From Candidatus Multivoradales bacterium (GTDB lineage Bacteria; Acidobacteriota; Thermoanaerobaculia; Multivoradales; Multivoraceae), in contig CBDCWI010000001.1 in the NCBI GenBank assembly GCA_965223325.1, positions 1,312,001-1,376,000 on the forward strand: DNA of 64,000 bases, given 5' to 3'. This document shows positions 47,027 to 56,587 of this stretch, in pieces. The notes beneath the pieces were generated by a model. That model was not told the DNA's origin, searched no databases, and saw nothing but the letters and a program-made list of their open reading frames with translations. Made by a program: the position numbers and the translations under genes. The first letter of the stretch is position 1; each line of letters begins with the position of its first letter.

Positions 47027-49057
47027 ATGAAGTCTCGCATCCACCTGTCCACACTCCTAGCATTCTCCATTGTTCTTCCGGGCTCGCTCCTCCTCGCACA
47101 AGCAGGTGCCCCGGGCGGTGAATGGCCCACCTATCACGGCGACCTCGGCGCCACCCAGTACTCGGCCCTCGACCAGATCGACGCGTCGAACTTCGATGAG
47201 CTCGAGGTCGCGTGGACCTGGACACCTCCCGACGGCGCAGTCGCCGAGGGCAAACGGGCGCTGACAACTTTCGGCTACAAGTCGACGCCGCTGGTGGTCG
47301 ACGGCCGCATGTACATCAACACGTCGCTGGGTTTCGTCGTCGCGCTCGATCCGGTGACTGGAAAGGAACACTGGGCCTACGACACCAAGGCCTACGAAGC
47401 CGGGCGGCCCACCAACCTCGGTTTCAACAGCCGCGGGGTTGGCTACTGGACCGACGGCAAGCAAGAGCGGGTCTTTCACCCCGGCAACGACGGTTACCTC
47501 TGGGCGATCGACGCGCAAACCGGCGAACCCGTCGGCGGCTTCGGGACCAACGGCAAGGTCGACCTCATCGCCACCTACCGTCGCGAGGTGCCGCGTCGCC
47601 TGGTGACCTTCATGTCGTCACCTCTCGTGGTGGGCAACGTCGTAGTGGTGGGCTCGTCGATCTCCGACGGCCCAACCCGCAAAGAAATGCCACCCGGTGA
47701 CGTGCGCGGCTACGACACGCGCACCGGCAACCTCGTATGGACCTTCCACAACCCGCCCGCTCGAGGAGAAGTCGGCTACGACACCTGGGAAGACGGTTCT
47801 GCCGAGTACACCGGCAATGCCAACGTTTGGACCAACATGTCGGCCGACGCGGACGCCGGCCTGATCTACCTACCCTTCGGCACGCCCACCAACGACTGGT
47901 ACGGCGGCCATCGCAAAGGCGACAACCTGTTTGCCGAGTCGATCGTGTGTATCAAGGCAGCCACCGGCGAGTACGTCTGGCACTTCCAGCTCGTCCACCA
48001 CGGCCTCTGGGACTACGACATTCCGGCCGCCCCGACCCTTCTCGACGTCGAAATCGACGGCAAGCCGCGCAAGATCGTTGCAGTGGTCTCCAAGCAGGGC
48101 TTCAACTACGTCTTCGATCGCCTGACCGGTGAGCCGGTCTGGCCAATCGAAGAACGCCCGGTCCCTCAGAGTCGCGTACCGGGTGAACAAACTTCAGCGA
48201 CCCAGCCTTTCCCGACCAAACCGCCGGCGTTCGAGTCTCAGGGCATCAGCGATGACACCGTCATCGACTTCACCCCCGAGATGCGCGCCGCGGCCATGGA
48301 GACCCTCTCGCACTACGAGTACGGGCCGATCTTCACTCCGCCAATCGTCGCCGGCTCAGAAAAGAACGGCAAGAAACTAAACGGTACCGTGCAGCATCCG
48401 GGCTGGGCGGGTGGCGCCAACTGGTGGGGCGCAGCGGTCGACCCAGAAAACGGCCGGCTCTATGTGCCGTCGTTCTCGAGCCCGATCGTCGTCGCATTAG
48501 ACAAGCCCGATCCGGCGCGCTCGAACTTCAACTACGTGCGTGGGCAACCCGGCCAGGAAGGGATGCCCGAGGGGCATACCGCAACCCGCGGCTCGATCCC
48601 CGGCCCGCACGGCCTGCCGATCATCAAACCACCCTACGGGCGCATCACCGCCTACGAAATGTCCAAGGGTGAGATTCTCTGGCAAGTTCCTCACGGCGAA
48701 GGGATCCGCCAGAAGATCATCGACCTCGGAGCACCCGACCCCGGCCCCGTCGGTAGCAACAGTGGCAGCGGCCCGCTGCTCACCGAAACACTCCTGATCG
48801 TTGGCAAAGGCGCCGGCGGACGCGGTGCCCGCAGCGGCAGCGGCGACCAATCGCAGCTCTTCGCCTACGACAAGGCGAGCGGCGAGCTCATCGCAACTCT
48901 CGACATCGACGCGCCGCCAACCGGAACGCCGATGACCTACATGGCCAATGGCCGGCAGTACATCGCCTTCGCCGTCGGCGGCTTGAACGCCGCCAAGCTG
49001 GTGGCGGTGGCGCTACCGGCGAGCGAGGGCGAAACGCCGGGAGCAGGCGGGCCCTAG
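47027..49057 (+). CDS. PQQ-dependent (quinoprotein glucose-type) dehydrogenase
   Basis: Signal peptide, EWPTYHGD, YSALDQI, HFQLVHHGLWDYD, TQPFPTKPP, PMTYMANGRQY. Confidence 0.92.
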   Translation: MKSRIHLSTLLAFSIVLPGSLLLAQAGAPGGEWPTYHGDLGATQYSALDQIDASNFDELEVAWTWTPPDGAVAEGKRALTTFGYKSTPLVVDGRMYINTSLGFVVALDPVTGKEHWAYDTKAYEAGRPTNLGFNSRGVGYWTDGKQERVFHPGNDGYLWAIDAQTGEPVGGFGTNGKVDLIATYRREVPRRLVTFMSSPLVVGNVVVVGSSISDGPTRKEMPPGDVRGYDTRTGNLVWTFHNPPARGEVGYDTWEDGSAEYTGNANVWTNMSADADAGLIYLPFGTPTNDWYGGHRKGDNLFAESIVCIKAATGEYVWHFQLVHHGLWDYDIPAAPTLLDVEIDGKPRKIVAVVSKQGFNYVFDRLTGEPVWPIEERPVPQSRVPGEQTSATQPFPTKPPAFESQGISDDTVIDFTPEMRAAAMETLSHYEYGPIFTPPIVAGSEKNGKKLNGTVQHPGWAGGANWWGAAVDPENGRLYVPSFSSPIVVALDKPDPARSNFNYVRGQPGQEGMPEGHTATRGSIPGPHGLPIIKPPYGRITAYEMSKGEILWQVPHGEGIRQKIIDLGAPDPGPVGSNSGSGPLLTETLLIVGKGAGGRGARSGSGDQSQLFAYDKASGELIATLDIDAPPTGTPMTYMANGRQYIAFAVGGLNAAKLVAVALPASEGETPGAGGP

Positions 49058-49150
49058 TGCCCCGTAGCCCGAGGGCGCAGATCTTGCGCTCCCGCCCCGA
49101 GGTCAGGCGACGGCCCGCAAAGCCGGCAGCGCAGCGTTAAGCTTCCCGTC

Positions 49151-49699
49151 ATGAAGAACACGCACTCGCCCACGCTCCGCCCGGCCCCGCGGGCCCCGCT
49201 TTCCTCGCTCGCCTGCTGCCTCCTGGCGCTCGCCCTCGCGGGCTGCTCGAGCTGGACGCTCACGCCGCCCGCCTTGACGCTTGCCAACCTCGAGGTCGTC
49301 GAGATCACTGCCCTCGAAACAACGACACGATTGGCGGTGCGGATCGCCAACGAGAACGATGAACCGCTCTACATCACCGGCGGCGTTTTCAACCTCAGCC
49401 TCGGCGGGATTCGGGTTGGCAAAGCCCTCTCCAATGAGGCCGTTGAGGTGCCACCACTCGAGTCGGTGGTGCAGGAGGTCGATCTGTTCCTCAACAACAT
49501 CGCCCTCGCGACCCGACTCGCCCCGATCATGAATCGCGGAGAGGTCGACTGGCGGTTGCAGAGCAAGGTCTACCTCGATGGCCCTCTCATGGGGCGGCGC
49601 AGCCTCAAGGTCACCAATCAGGGTTCGTACGTCTTGCCGGAGTCTTGGCAGGATTCTCTGAGCCAGCTCGACAGCGCGGCAACCCAGCCTGAGGTCTAG
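49151..49699 (+). CDS. LEA type 2 (WHy domain) lipoprotein
   Basis: Lipobox LAGC; VRIANENDEPLYITG...GKALS pattern. Confidence 0.82.
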   Translation: MKNTHSPTLRPAPRAPLSSLACCLLALALAGCSSWTLTPPALTLANLEVVEITALETTTRLAVRIANENDEPLYITGGVFNLSLGGIRVGKALSNEAVEVPPLESVVQEVDLFLNNIALATRLAPIMNRGEVDWRLQSKVYLDGPLMGRRSLKVTNQGSYVLPESWQDSLSQLDSAATQPEV

Positions 49700-49720
49700 G
49701 ACAGGGCAGCTGGTTTCAGA

Positions 49721-50653
49721 GTGATCGACCTGATCAATCTCGACGTTCCCGCACTCGAGCTCCGCTTCGTCGTCGAGTGTTCGCACTGCGGGCTCCAGTT
49801 CGCGTCGTCAGAGCGCTCGCCGGGTGACCGACTCCACTGTGCCTGCGGTCTGGTGCTCGAGGTTCCCGAGCTCGATGCACACGATGAGGCGGTGGTCTTC
49901 TGTAGTAGTTGCGGAACCGAGCGCGCGCCGGGGGCCGAGTTCTGCTCCGAGTGCACCCAGGTACTCCAGACCGATCGGCAGCTGATGCACACCATCTGCC
50001 CGGATTGCGCGACGCGTATCCGAGACGATGCGCGCTTCTGTCATTCCTGCGCCAAGAGCATCGACATCGCGCGAGAAACGCTGTCTGTGTCACCCTTCCA
50101 GTGCGTCGACTGCCAACCCCCGGTTCAGTTGCTCGAACGCACGATCTTTCCCGGCTGGAAGCCGCGCGGCGAACGGGTCGCAGGCGTGACGCGTCGGCAG
50201 GAAAGAGGCGTCACCTTCAGCGAGTGTCGGCAATGTGTCGGCCTGTGGTTCGAGAAGGAGCCATTCCGACGTCTGGAAGAACAGGCGGCCCGAGCGGAGA
50301 AGGTTGCCGGTGAACCGCCAGCACCACCAGCTGGGGCCGAACAAAAACCTCGCCGCAGCTGCCCGCGCTGCAACGACGAGCTCAACCGCTCGACCTACGA
50401 CAACTCGAGCGGAGTCGAGTTCGACATCTGTGCCCGCCATGGCCTGTGGCTCGATGAAGGTGAACTGGCCGGCATCATTCACTGGATCCAGTCGCGACCG
50501 CGCGGTTGGCAACGGATGGGCGAGCGCCCCGCCCGTCGCCAGGAATCGCGCAACCGCACGCCGCCCGACCTCGGAAACATGGTCGACAGCGAGCTGGCCA
50601 TCGACGTCTTGTTTGGGGCACTCGAGTTGCTCGTCGAGTTTCTCGACGACTGA
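49721..50653 (+). CDS. Multi zinc-ribbon protein (double zinc ribbon plus zf-TFIIB-like)
   Basis: Many CxxC pairs; CRQCVGLWF; CPRC...DICARHGLWLDEGEL. Confidence 0.8.
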   Translation: MIDLINLDVPALELRFVVECSHCGLQFASSERSPGDRLHCACGLVLEVPELDAHDEAVVFCSSCGTERAPGAEFCSECTQVLQTDRQLMHTICPDCATRIRDDARFCHSCAKSIDIARETLSVSPFQCVDCQPPVQLLERTIFPGWKPRGERVAGVTRRQERGVTFSECRQCVGLWFEKEPFRRLEEQAARAEKVAGEPPAPPAGAEQKPRRSCPRCNDELNRSTYDNSSGVEFDICARHGLWLDEGELAGIIHWIQSRPRGWQRMGERPARRQESRNRTPPDLGNMVDSELAIDVLFGALELLVEFLDD

Positions 50654-50678
50654 CGACTCGGCGAGGAAAGGACCCTGA

Positions 50679-51554
50679 TCAGGTCGCGACTTGCCGGGGC
50701 TCGATGATCGCCGTGTGGCGGACCCTCGCCCGCACGACATCGCTTGCGGCAGGATCGTTCAGGGAGATGAGAGCACCATCGATCTCAACCGTCTTGTGGC
50801 CTGACCGCTCATAGGCTCGAGCGATCTTGCAGCGCAGCTCGAGCGCCTCGCTGCGAGGTGGAATGCCATAGAGCTGCAGCTCGCTGGCGGCGTGAATCCA
50901 GGGGCCCATCTTGACCGTCGACACCAGGGCTTCGTTCGCCATCGCCAGGATCTCGGCGGGGTGAAGCGCTGCTTCTTCGCCTTGCCAGATGGGCGACGTG
51001 TCTCGGTAGCGGTTGGCGATCTCCAGGAGGCCGTCATCATCGCGCGGCGCGAGCGGCACCATGGCAAGCACGGTTCCTACGGGGAGAGCCGCGAGCGAAG
51101 CCGGAGGGCGCTCGCCGCGCTCCGGCGCAGGCTGGCTGGGGAAACTCGATGGCTCCGGTGGCTCGGGGACTGCCTGAACTTCCGGAACCCACGCGGCCCC
51201 TTCGGCACACAGACCACGGGGGGTGTGCAGCTCCAGAGCGAGCTCGCACGTAACCGGCGCGTTTCCCGGCGCGACGCGCTCGCTGGCGGGTACAGCGACC
51301 GCCTGGACCTCCTCGCCGTCGTAGACCGGGGCCTTGAAGCGGGCCTTCATCGCCCCTCTTTGGAGCCACTCGGCGCCCAGTCGGTCCGCCACCGGGCGTA
51401 CCATGTACGCGAAGTCGGCAACCCCTGGCACCAGTCCACCGGAGAAACCAAAGCGCCGCGCGGTCAGATCGTCATGGATCTTGTTCTCCGAGTCGTGGGC
51501 GTAGTTGAAGGCGAGAACGGAGTAGCGGGTTTCTTGCAGATCTTCGACTGACAT
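50679..51554 (-). CDS. Double hot-dog fold (MaoC-like) protein
   Basis: SENKIHDDLTARRFGFSGGLVPGV resembles a hydratase motif; PWIH. Confidence 0.7.
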   Translation of the reverse strand: MSVEDLQETRYSVLAFNYAHDSENKIHDDLTARRFGFSGGLVPGVADFAYMVRPVADRLGAEWLQRGAMKARFKAPVYDGEEVQAVAVPASERVAPGNAPVTCELALELHTPRGLCAEGAAWVPEVQAVPEPPEPSSFPSQPAPERGERPPASLAALPVGTVLAMVPLAPRDDDGLLEIANRYRDTSPIWQGEEAALHPAEILAMANEALVSTVKMGPWIHAASELQLYGIPPRSEALELRCKIARAYERSGHKTVEIDGALISLNDPAASDVVRARVRHTAIIEPRQVAT

Positions 51555-51658
51555 CGTGACGTTCCTTTTTGCCGGCTGGCGGGAGAAGCCCGCGGTAGAG
51601 CCCATGCTAGCTTCCCTAAGATCAGTCAAACTTCACCACCGCACCAGGGAGCTCCGCC

Positions 51659-52480
51659 ATGCGTAGTGGCAGCCGGTTCGCGCTTTTCTTCTTTGTCGCA
51701 GCACTCCTGTCCTACCCTCCCCCCGTCGCAGCCGACGACCTGCGGGTGCTCTTTCTCTCGAAGTCGGCCGGTTTCGAGCACTCGGTCGTTCGCCGCACAG
51801 GGGGCGAGCCGAGTCACGCGGACCGGGTCCTGGCCGAAATCGCCGAGCGAGAAGGCTGGGAGCTCACCACCACCAAAGACGCCAGCCTGATCAACGCCGA
51901 GGATCTGGCGAAGTACGACGTCGTCATCTTCATGACCACCGGCGATCTGACCGCCACGAACGAGCACCGCGGAATCATCGGCGGCGAAGGTTCGCCGACG
52001 ATGCCCGCCAATGGTGTCGCCGACCTGACGGCGTGGGTCGAGGCCGGCGGTGGCTTCGTTGGTTTCCACTGTGCCACCGATACCTTCCACGGCGCGGACG
52101 GCGAGGTGTCGCCATACATCGCGCTCATCGGTGGCGAGTTCAAGACCCACGGCGCTCAGTTCGAGGGCACCGTTTCAAGGGCCGCACCCGAACACCCGGT
52201 CGCGGCTTCGTTCCCGGAGAAGTGGAAGATCAAGGACGAGTGGTACGTACTCACCAACATCAGCCCCGATGTCGAAGTGATCGCCGAGCTTCTCCCGGGT
52301 CCCGCGCGCGAGGCACAAAAGAAGATCTACGACTTCGAGTCGCAAGCCATCGCCTGGACGATCGAGCGGGGCGAGGGGCGGGTCTACTACAACGCCATGG
52401 GGCACCGTGAAGACGTCTGGTCGAACGCCACCTTCCAGCGAACCGTCGTTGACGCCATCAACTGGGGGGCCGGCAATTGA
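51659..52480 (+). CDS. ThuA-like domain secreted protein
   Basis: SKSAGFEHS, GGGFVGFHCATDT, DEWY, GRVYYNAMGH. Confidence 0.9.
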   Translation: MRSGSRFALFFFVAALLSYPPPVAADDLRVLFLSKSAGFEHSVVRRTGGEPSHADRVLAEIAEREGWELTTTKDASLINAEDLAKYDVVIFMTTGDLTATNEHRGIIGGEGSPTMPANGVADLTAWVEAGGGFVGFHCATDTFHGADGEVSPYIALIGGEFKTHGAQFEGTVSRAAPEHPVAASFPEKWKIKDEWYVLTNISPDVEVIAELLPGPAREAQKKIYDFESQAIAWTIERGEGRVYYNAMGHREDVWSNATFQRTVVDAINWGAGN

Positions 52481-52490
52481 ACCCTAGGGC

Positions 52491-53972
52491 CTATTGACCT
52501 CGCCAGTACCCATCCGGAGCGCGCAGCTTGACCCCTGCTCTTGTGGTGTCGATCTCGAGGCGCCGCCAACCCGGCCCCCGGGCCTCGCTCCGGAAGCCAA
52601 CCCGCAGCTGAGAGGCGAGCTCCGCCGCAATGTCTTGCCAGACCCCGCTCACTTCGTCGACCGTGCCCAACGACGAAACGTGGCCGCCGGTCTGTCCGAC
52701 GAAGTGATCGAGCATCATCCAGCGGCCTGGCCGTCGTATCAGGCCCTCCTTGCCTTCGAGTCGTACCAGGAAGAGCGGCAGGCCGGCACGACGAACGACC
52801 GTCGATGCCTGCTGCAGAGAAAAGCGACCGCTGCTGTCGCGGCCATCGGTCAACAGAACAACCGCCCGTCGACCGACGACGCCGCGCAGCTGGACGACGG
52901 CGTAGGCCATTGCCTCGTGCAGGGCGGTGGAGCTGCCCACTTCGATGCCTTCGAGCGCCGCACGCACGGCAGCACCATCGTCGGTGGGCCCGATGACGTG
53001 CTCGGGACGCTCTGAGAACGCCACCACCAGAGCGCGATCACCGGGTGCCAGGCGCTCGACGAATTGCTGAGCCGCGGCGCGCACGGTCTCCTGATCGTCT
53101 TCCATGCTTTCGGAGGCATCGAGAACAAGAGCCACCGTCAGAGGAATCATCGGAACCGGCTCGACGAAACGAACCGGCCGCTCCTTGCCGGCTTCACGAA
53201 CGATGAGTTCCCCAGCCTCGAGGTCGAGCACCGAATCACCTCTTCCATCGCGCGCCGAGACGTAAAGTTCGACCATCGACACCTCGCTCTGGTAGCGATA
53301 GTCCCTTTCGTCGCCTTGCGGCATGACGATGTCTTCGGCCGCCGGTTGCAGACCGTCTTTGCCGTCCCGGTCAAAGGCAACGGCTCGTAGCCAGCTCGGC
53401 GTACTGGGAAACTCGATCACCCTACGGTAGGGCGGACCGTCGAAACGATGAAGCAGCTGCTCGCCCCAGCGGAGCTCCACCGGCACCGGGCGACGACCGC
53501 GAGGGAGATCGACGTCGAGGTCGACAAGCACCCGCTCGCCAGGTTGAAGGGTCGTGGGGCGCCGGATCTGGACACTCAGCCTCCCCTGTCCCTTGTTGAG
53601 CGAACGACGGTCTCTACTGGTGAGTTCACCCATCTCATCGAAGGCCTGGACCTCGAGCACATGAGGCTCAGGCAGCATCCCGAGTTTGAGAGCCGCCCGC
53701 CAAGGCGGGCGCACGAGACTGGCGACAGTCTGGCCATCGAGCAGGACCTCGAGCCGGGCGACTCCTTCTCCGACCTTGAACTCGACCGGCACACGTCCCC
53801 AGACCATCGCCCGAAAGGCGGCCTCGATCTCAACGCTCCCCGGCTCCGGGGCTTGCCCTTCTTCTACCCGTGGTGGTGGGCCGACGGCCGCGAGCTGCGT
53901 CGTTGTGACCGCCAGCACTGTCACCAGCGCCGTCACCCGCAACGACGCCACAAGGGGAGGAGCAACTTTCAC
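52491..53972 (-). CDS. Secreted Ig-like plus VWA domain protein (acidobacterial type)
   Basis: MIDAS DASESM, STALHEA, LLTDGRD, QTGG. Start uncertain. Confidence 0.85.
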   Translation of the reverse strand: MKVAPPLVASLRVTALVTVLAVTTTQLAAVGPPPRVEEGQAPEPGSVEIEAAFRAMVWGRVPVEFKVGEGVARLEVLLDGQTVASLVRPPWRAALKLGMLPEPHVLEVQAFDEMGELTSRDRRSLNKGQGRLSVQIRRPTTLQPGERVLVDLDVDLPRGRRPVPVELRWGEQLLHRFDGPPYRRVIEFPSTPSWLRAVAFDRDGKDGLQPAAEDIVMPQGDERDYRYQSEVSMVELYVSARDGRGDSVLDLEAGELIVREAGKERPVRFVEPVPMIPLTVALVLDASESMEDDQETVRAAAQQFVERLAPGDRALVVAFSERPEHVIGPTDDGAAVRAALEGIEVGSSTALHEAMAYAVVQLRGVVGRRAVVLLTDGRDSSGRFSLQQASTVVRRAGLPLFLVRLEGKEGLIRRPGRWMMLDHFVGQTGGHVSSLGTVDEVSGVWQDIAAELASQLRVGFRSEARGPGWRRLEIDTTRAGVKLRAPDGYWRGQ

Positions 53973-54024
53973 CGGCGACACCAGGAGGCCCTCCAGTACC
54001 AGCGCCGACGCGACCGAGCGGTGC

Positions 54025-55260
54025 TCAGTTCGCCTGGCGAGCAGTCGCAAGCCCCAGAAGGACGCGCTGGCCTTCGAGATACTCCGGCACGTCGACGTAC
54101 TCGTCGATGGTGTGGGCATTGTGCTGACCCGCCCCCAGGGTGACGGTGGGAACGCCTTTCGCATTCAGGTAGTTCGCATCGAGGCCACCGTTGGCGATGT
54201 ACTGCACAGGCTTGCCGCCCTGATCACGGATGATCGCCTCCGCCAGTTTGACCGGCGGCGCCTGCTTGTTCATCACGAACGCCTCGTAGTCGCGCTCGGC
54301 GTGGAAGTCGACGCTGCCACACGCGCCCGAATCGTTGCGCACCGACTTCGCGGCATCCTTGAACGCTTTCTCCCACGCCTTCGTAATGCGGTTCAAGAAG
54401 GGCTTCGAGTGGCTGCGCGACTCTCCCTTGACGTAGACGTGGTCGGTGACCTGGTTGGTCGCTTCGCCACCCTCGAGCACCCCAACGTTCGAGGTCCCCC
54501 GGCCGCCGCGCTTCTCGATCTTGCCGAACCAACCATCCGCCGCTGCCCCGGCAATGGCGCGGCTGGCGATCAGCGAAGCCGAGATTCCGTCCTCCGGCCG
54601 CACCCCGGCGTGCGAAGAGCGGCCATTCACGTGGACGTACCAGCGATCGGCACCCGTGGCACCGATGATGACGCGATGGGGATCGCCCGAGTCGACGTTG
54701 AAACCCATTCTTGGGTTGCCCAGGTCCTTGAGCTTGACCATGCGCGCTCCCCACAAGCCGACCTCTTCGCCAACCGTGAAAAGAAAAGTGAGCGGCGGCC
54801 GCTCGAGGTCTTTGGTGAGAATCGTTTCGAGAACGGTGACCAGCGCTCCAATCGAAGTGCGATTGTCGCCGCCAAGAGCGGTCTTCCCCTTGGGCACGAT
54901 GCGATCGCCTCGAAGGACAGGCACGGCGCCACGACACAGAGGTACCGTGTCCATGTGCCCCATGAACAGCCGTCGCGGCGCGCGAAAGGTGCCCGGCACT
55001 TTGACGATCAGATTGCCAATCTCATAGTCACCTGGGATGCGGCGGTTGGCGGTGTCGTACTTGACCCAGGCCTTCTTCGCTCCGGCCCGGGCGAGTTTCT
55101 TCTCAATCGTCTTGGCGACCTGGGCCTCGTTACCCGACGCACCCTCGATGGCCAGGAAATCCATCAAATGCGCGAGCGCCCTGCGGTCGGTGGCATCGCG
55201 CCGGTTCTTCTTCGCGATGGTGCTTCTGGGGGCGGCCTTCTTTGTCTTCTTGGCTGGCAT
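54025..55260 (-). CDS. M20 family peptidase (peptidase T-like)
   Basis: GHMDTV, LGGDNR, GEEVGLWGA, GRSSHAG, AHTIDE. Confidence 0.92.
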   Translation of the reverse strand: MPAKKTKKAAPRSTIAKKNRRDATDRRALAHLMDFLAIEGASGNEAQVAKTIEKKLARAGAKKAWVKYDTANRRIPGDYEIGNLIVKVPGTFRAPRRLFMGHMDTVPLCRGAVPVLRGDRIVPKGKTALGGDNRTSIGALVTVLETILTKDLERPPLTFLFTVGEEVGLWGARMVKLKDLGNPRMGFNVDSGDPHRVIIGATGADRWYVHVNGRSSHAGVRPEDGISASLIASRAIAGAAADGWFGKIEKRGGRGTSNVGVLEGGEATNQVTDHVYVKGESRSHSKPFLNRITKAWEKAFKDAAKSVRNDSGACGSVDFHAERDYEAFVMNKQAPPVKLAEAIIRDQGGKPVQYIANGGLDANYLNAKGVPTVTLGAGQHNAHTIDEYVDVPEYLEGQRVLLGLATARQAN

Positions 55261-55327
55261 CGAGAGACGGTACCAGAGCACCTCACTCCCGTTCTGGGCC
55301 GCGGTTTTCTCCCCATTTGACCTCTAC

Positions 55328-56386
55328 TCAATCCGACCGGGGTGTTCCGTCGGCACGCACACCGAAGCGCTGGCGCAGAAAGGTCGCGCTGTCGCCAACC
55401 GCACTCTCGGCCCTGGGCACCATGGGTGCCAGGCTCCAGAAGAGGTGGAACAGGTCCTCGTAGACCTTGAGTGTCGTGTCGACTCCCGCTTCGGAAGCGC
55501 GCTCAGCGAACCGCTGCACCTGATCGAGGAAGACCTCGGCGGTGCCCACCTGGACCATGAGGGGCGGCAAACCGCGCAGGTCGGCGCGCAATGGCGCCAA
55601 CCGCGGGTCGTCGATCTCCGGGCCCCATTCCCCGGTCTCAGGGTTCTGGGACAGAACCGCCTGCAGGCACTCCGAGATAAAGCCCGGACCAATGGAGTCA
55701 TCGTGATCGTTTTCAGCCATCGAACCGTCGTCGGCACGCGGATCGACCCAGGGTGAGAAGAGAACGGCCCCAACCGGCATCTCGAGAGACTGGTCGCGCG
55801 CCTGTTGCAAGACCGAAACAACGAGTGCACCGCCCGCAGAGTCTCCCGCCAGGGCAATCTTGCACGCGTCTTGCGACTGTGAAGCGACCTCGAGCAGGCC
55901 GCGATAGACCGCCAGACAGTCATCCTGGGCGGCGGGGAATGGGTGTCGCGGTGCCAGCCGGTAGTCAGGTGCCAGCACCCGCGCGCGCGCTTCGATGGCG
56001 AGACGTGCGATGACGTCACGGTAGAGGCTCGGCGAACCAAGTGCGTAGCCCCCGCCATGGAGATAGAGCAGGACCCGTTGGCCACTTTGATAGTGCGAGG
56101 TTGCAATCTTCTTCGGCCGACACCAGATGCAGGGAACTCCCGCAATGGTGGTCTTCTCCGTTTCGACCATCCGGGCCAGCGGCGTCGTGCGCGGCAGGAG
56201 CCGCTCGGTTCGCTTGGCCCACGGTAGCCCGAACTGCACCGCGCCGTCGGTGTAGGTGCGCACGATTGTTCGCAGGAACTCTTCGCGCTTCGACCAGGTC
56301 GGTCGACGACGACCGCGAACCAGACGCAACGGCATCACCGCCGCCGCCGCAGCCAGAACGCGGAGAAAGAAGAACACTGTGCGCAA
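55328..56386 (-). CDS. Alpha/beta hydrolase, HSL family esterase
   Basis: HGGGY, DYRLAP, GDSAGG, C-terminal catalytic His (FHLF). Confidence 0.93.
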   Translation of the reverse strand: MRTVFFFLRVLAAAAAVMPLRLVRGRRRPTWSKREEFLRTIVRTYTDGAVQFGLPWAKRTERLLPRTTPLARMVETEKTTIAGVPCIWCRPKKIATSHYQSGQRVLLYLHGGGYALGSPSLYRDVIARLAIEARARVLAPDYRLAPRHPFPAAQDDCLAVYRGLLEVASQSQDACKIALAGDSAGGALVVSVLQQARDQSLEMPVGAVLFSPWVDPRADDGSMAENDHDDSIGPGFISECLQAVLSQNPETGEWGPEIDDPRLAPLRADLRGLPPLMVQVGTAEVFLDQVQRFAERASEAGVDTTLKVYEDLFHLFWSLAPMVPRAESAVGDSATFLRQRFGVRADGTPRSD

Positions 56387-56587
56387 GGGCGCTCCTGCGG
56401 GAAGTCGTGGGCACGGCGATCGGCGTCTTCAAGACAGCGCGATCATGGCGGTCGAGAAACGGTGCGCACATTGTACGGGGCAGGCCCGTCCAGGAACGGC
56501 CACCCCACGTGGCGGACCCTCTCGCCTCCGGAGGCCGCTGATGGCCCAGCCCTCGCGTTATGGCCGGGCGCTCGAAACCGCGCCGCT

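Noticed and set aside
53686-55320. 544-aa plus-strand ORF
   Set aside because: Antisense shadow of the M20 peptidase and VWA genes.
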